The notes under the pieces are model-generated. The model was not told where the DNA came from, did not search any database, and worked only from the letters and a program-made list of their open reading frames with translations. The position numbers and the translations under genes are program-made. A stretch of DNA of 61,736 bases, filler included, from Sandaracinaceae bacterium (GTDB lineage: Bacteria > Myxococcota_A > Polyangia > Polyangiales > JADJQN01), in assembly GCA_947483975.1 (NCBI GenBank). It is 3 parts of 3 records of this genome, joined end to end, with 100 filler letters (N's around TTAATTAATTAA, not from the genome) between each part and the next. Parts side by side here need not be neighbours in the genome. Positions count along the whole stretch, not along the records: positions 41,725 to 61,736 come from CANKOL010000053.1; 2 more parts are not named here. One strand, 5' to 3'. Each line of letters starts with the position of its first letter. Position 1 is the stretch's first letter. Below are positions 58,523-61,736 of this stretch, one piece after another.

Positions 58523-59497
58523 GTGCGGCGCGCCTCCTTCCGCTGGGTGATCTTGCTGTGGTTGACCGTCGGCGCTTGCGGCACGGAGCCGCGCGAGCGT
58601 CAGCCGCCGCGGCGAGACGAGCAGCGCGCTCATCCGCGCGAGATCGCTGGCTCGCCCGACGACCCGACGGTGCTCGCGACGGCCGTGGGTACGACCATCA
58701 CCGTCGGGGAGGTCGTCGCCCTCGCGCGCGAGGCCGAGCTGACGCCGCGCGGGGCGCTCGACCGGCTGATCGGGGAGGCGCTGCTCGCGAAGGAGGCTGA
58801 GCGGCGCGGCTACGGCGCACGTCCGGAGGTCGCGGCCGCCGCGCAGCGGGCGGCGGTGCGCGCGTGGCTCACGGCGGAGGTGGAGCGCGCGGTACCGGAG
58901 TCGAGCGTCACCGAGCAAGAGGTCGCGACGACCTATCAGGCGCAGCGCGCGCGGTTCTCGCGGCCGGAGGCGCGCACGGCTGTGCACGTGTTGCTGCCGC
59001 TCGCGCCGGACGCCGACGAGGCCCGCGTCGCCGCCGCGCATCGGCTCACGGCGCGCGTCGTCGCCGAGCTCCAGGCTGTCGGCCCGGAGGCCGTCCTCGC
59101 GCGCTACTCGGCGGATCCGCTGGGCGTCTCCGGCGCGTTCCACGTCACCGCTGAGCGCGTGCCGGAGCTCGTCCGGGGGGGCGCGTTCGACCCAGCGTTT
59201 CTCGAGGCCGTGTTCGCGCTGTCGGCGCCCGGGGTGGTGCCCGCGCCCGTGCGCACGCAGTTCGGCTGGCACGCGATCGCCCTCACCGAGATTCGCCCCG
59301 ACGCCAGCCTGCCGCTCGAGCGCGCGCACGCCCTCGTCCGGCAGGAGCTGCTCGCGGAGCGGCGCGGGGCGCTGCTCGATTCGCTCCTCGCGCGCATCGC
59401 AGCTCGGACTCCGACGCTCGCCGACCGGCGGCTCGCCGCGCGCCTCGAGGCCGTTCCGCAGGAAGACACCGCAGCGCCCCCGCCCGGGGCTCCGTGA
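58523..59497 (+). CDS. Parvulin-type peptidyl-prolyl isomerase (PrsA/SurA-like) lipoprotein
   Basis: VGAC lipobox, LDRLI..ALL..EA..RG, HVLL, FDPAFLEAVFAL, PVRTQFGWHAI. Confidence 0.85.
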   Translation: MRRASFRWVILLWLTVGACGTEPRERQPPRRDEQRAHPREIAGSPDDPTVLATAVGTTITVGEVVALAREAELTPRGALDRLIGEALLAKEAERRGYGARPEVAAAAQRAAVRAWLTAEVERAVPESSVTEQEVATTYQAQRARFSRPEARTAVHVLLPLAPDADEARVAAAHRLTARVVAELQAVGPEAVLARYSADPLGVSGAFHVTAERVPELVRGGAFDPAFLEAVFALSAPGVVPAPVRTQFGWHAIALTEIRPDASLPLERAHALVRQELLAERRGALLDSLLARIAARTPTLADRRLAARLEAVPQEDTAAPPPGAP

Positions 59498-60189
59498 GCC
59501 CGTCCGGCGCGCGCGACGGCTCGAACTCCGGCATGCTGCCGATCGAGACCGAGGCCGAGCGGGACTTCGACCAGAGCGCGTTCACGCCGATCCTCCGCCG
59601 TATCCTGCGCCTCACCCCCGCGGTGCTCGGCGCCGCGTTCGTGGACTTCGACGGCGAGTGCATCGACTACTGCTCCGCCGTCGATCCCTTCGAGACCAAG
59701 GTCGCGGGCGCGCACATGCAGATGGTCTACGCCGACCTCGCGCCCCGCTTCGTTGGGCTCGGCTGGGGGGCGCCGGACCTGCTGCACTTGGCCGCGGACC
59801 GGCGCGAGCTGCTCGTCGCGCGCGTGAGCTCGGAGTACACGCTCGTCGTCGTCGTGACGGCGGGGGCGGTCATCCGCGCCGTGCTCGATGGGCTCGACCG
59901 CGCCGTGCGAGACCTCCGCGTCGAGGCGGGGCTGCCGCCCGTCTACGCGCGCGGCCAAGACCCCACGGCGCTCGAGGTCGCGGTCCGCAAGGCGAAGGGC
60001 TGGCCGTACGCCCCGAGCTCCTACGTGCAGCAGGGCGCGCGCACGGAGATCGCGGCGGTGCTCGGGCGCTGGCTCGAAGGCGGGGACGTCACGGGCGGTG
60101 ACCTCGTCTGCTTCCGCGTGCGCACGAAGAAGGGCGAGGAGCTGACGCTCGCCCACGACGCCGAGGCGAACCGCTGGTCCCTGCGCTGA
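59494..60189 (+). CDS. Roadblock/LC7 (MglB-like) domain protein with extra C-terminal beta domain
   Basis: FTPILRRIL..PAVLGAAFVDFDGECIDY..VSSEYTLVVV..LRVEAG. C-terminal IAAVLGRW..FRVRT..GEELTLAHD..NRW. Confidence 0.72.
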   Translation: MSPSGARDGSNSGMLPIETEAERDFDQSAFTPILRRILRLTPAVLGAAFVDFDGECIDYCSAVDPFETKVAGAHMQMVYADLAPRFVGLGWGAPDLLHLAADRRELLVARVSSEYTLVVVVTAGAVIRAVLDGLDRAVRDLRVEAGLPPVYARGQDPTALEVAVRKAKGWPYAPSSYVQQGARTEIAAVLGRWLEGGDVTGGDLVCFRVRTKKGEELTLAHDAEANRWSLR

Positions 60190-60246
60190 GCGGGGCCGAG
60201 CGAACGCATTTGCCGTGCGGGAGGGCGCGGGGTAGCATCGCGCGCC

Positions 60247-61506
60247 GTGAGCCGAAAGTGTGCGATCTGCGGGACGAGCTTCCCTGATTCCGTTGCGTTC
60301 TGCGGCAACGACGGGAATCTCACCATTCAGGAGCTAGGGCCAGGCGCGACCGACGCTCGGCTCGGCGCTGCCGTCGGCGAGTACGTCGTCGTCGCGCAGA
60401 TCGCGGACGGCGCGATGGGGCGCGTCTACGAAGGAAGGCACGCCAAGACCAAGCAGCGCGTCGCCATCAAGATCCTCCACCCCGACGTCGCGCAAGACGC
60501 GGTCGCGGTCGAGCGCTTCAAGCGCGAGGCGGACACCGCCCGTGAGCTCGAGCACCCGAACGTCGTCAAGATCATCGACTTCGGTCAGACCGAGGACGGC
60601 TCGCATTTCATGACGATGGAGTACCTCGAGGGCGAGGAGCTCGGGCACCTCGTCCGGCGGGACGGCGCGATGGCCCAGGCGCGCATCGTGCGGATCATCT
60701 CGCAGCTCGCCGTCGCGCTCGACCACGCGCACTCGTTCGGCGTGATCCACCGCGACCTCAAGCCGGACAACGTCTTCCTCGTGCAGAGCGACGCGGGCGA
60801 CATCGTGCGCATCCTCGACTTCGGGAGCGTGAAGCTGCAGGTCGAGACGGGCGCGAAGCTCACCGCCTTCGGCACGACGCTCGGCAGCCCGTATTACATG
60901 TCGCCCGAGCAGGCGATGGGGAAGCAGGACGTCGACTCGCGCACCGACGTCTTTGCGTGCACCGCCATCCTCTACGAGATGCTGACGGGCAAGATCGCCT
61001 TCGAGGGGCCGAACGTCGCGCAGATCTTGATGAAGATCATGAACGAGCAGCCGACCGGCCCGAGCTTGCTCGGCAAGGGTGTGCCGGCGGGGCTCGACGA
61101 CGTCATCGACAAGGGGCTGCGCAAGGACAAGAGCCGGCGCTATGGCTCGGTGGGCGCGCTCGCGGACGGCGCGGTGCGCGCGTTCGGCTTGAGCGGCGCC
61201 TCCGTGGACTGGGCGAAGAAGCCCCAGGTCGAGATCGCCGCGGCGCTCGGCGCGACGACGCCCCCGCCGCCGAGGCCGTTCGGCGTCGAGAGCCTCCCGC
61301 CGCCGCCGAAGACCGGCACGGCGACGGCGCGCATCCCGATGGCTGGCCGCGTGCCGCAGCCCGCGTCGATGACCAGCAACGAGGACGACGGACTCGCCTC
61401 GCCGAAGAAGGGGCTCAGCCCCCTCGCGATGGTCGGGCTGGCCGTCGGCGTCCTCATGGTGCTCGGCGTGCTCGGCTCGGTCGCCGCGTTCTTCGCGCTG
61501 CGCTGA
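60247..61506 (+). CDS. Ser/Thr protein kinase with N-terminal Cys motif and C-terminal TM anchor
   Basis: CAIC..FC, GAMGRVY, VAIK, HRDLKPDN, DFG, YMSPEQ, C-terminal hydrophobic helix. Confidence 0.95.
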   Translation: MSRKCAICGTSFPDSVAFCGNDGNLTIQELGPGATDARLGAAVGEYVVVAQIADGAMGRVYEGRHAKTKQRVAIKILHPDVAQDAVAVERFKREADTARELEHPNVVKIIDFGQTEDGSHFMTMEYLEGEELGHLVRRDGAMAQARIVRIISQLAVALDHAHSFGVIHRDLKPDNVFLVQSDAGDIVRILDFGSVKLQVETGAKLTAFGTTLGSPYYMSPEQAMGKQDVDSRTDVFACTAILYEMLTGKIAFEGPNVAQILMKIMNEQPTGPSLLGKGVPAGLDDVIDKGLRKDKSRRYGSVGALADGAVRAFGLSGASVDWAKKPQVEIAAALGATTPPPPRPFGVESLPPPPKTGTATARIPMAGRVPQPASMTSNEDDGLASPKKGLSPLAMVGLAVGVLMVLGVLGSVAAFFALR

Positions 61507-61567
61507 GTTGTCCCCCCGCGGAGCTGTCCGCGCTGCCAGCGTTGACCTGCGCTGCGCGCGCTGCCGC

Positions 61568-61736
61568 TCACTCGATGGCGGCGAAGGCGCTGCCGCGTAG
61601 CTCGAGCAGATGCGTCGCGCGACGCGGCTCCCGCGCGGTCGTGAAGCCGCCGACGGCGCTCGCGGTGTCGGCCGTCACGCCCGCGAGCCGCGCGGCGAGG
61701 GCAGGGCGGGTGCGCGAGCCGCCGTCGACCGCGCTG
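61568..61736 (-). CDS. C-terminal fragment of a CDS entering from beyond the window
   Basis: Open GC3-rich frame ending ...GGFTTAREPRRATHLLELRGSAFAAIE* at TGA 61570-61568. Confidence 0.5.
   Translation of the reverse strand, partial: SAVDGGSRTRPALAARLAGVTADTASAVGGFTTAREPRRATHLLELRGSAFAAIE

Overview
GC-rich bacterial DNA with myxobacterial hallmarks: a MYXO-CTERM protein, many Cys-rich lipoproteins, bactofilins, an FHA-GAF-sigma54 activator, and a Ser/Thr kinase plus PP2C. It is most likely Myxococcota, Polyangia-like (inference). The window is three unlinked pieces joined by artificial 100-nt spacers (44 N + TTAATTAATTAA + 44 N) at 20924-21023 and 41625-41724. No rRNA, tRNA, CRISPR or IS element was recognised. 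The best candidate for a new system is an operon at 3861-9019. It has two paralogous ~260-aa proteins, each with a conserved N-terminal domain, an internal lipobox-like segment, a Pro-rich linker and a shared C-terminal PAPxYKGVSPRRR motif. These are followed by two PlpX/splicease-like radical SAM-SPASM enzymes and a translationally coupled Thr-type sulfatase-like enzyme, suggesting a post-translational modification system acting on a YKG motif. This block, a 2-hydroxyacyl-CoA dehydratase/activase trio and a hybrid kinase lie between a MoxR ATPase and its probable VWA partner. A second candidate is an eight-gene minus-strand operon (43170-50990) joining PspA/ESCRT-III-like, ABC transporter/OmpA fusion, Vps4/CDC48-like AAA+ and TerB-like genes. 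TAnnnT boxes 5-10 nt upstream of many start codons suggest frequent leaderless transcription. All family calls come from motif recognition, not database searches.
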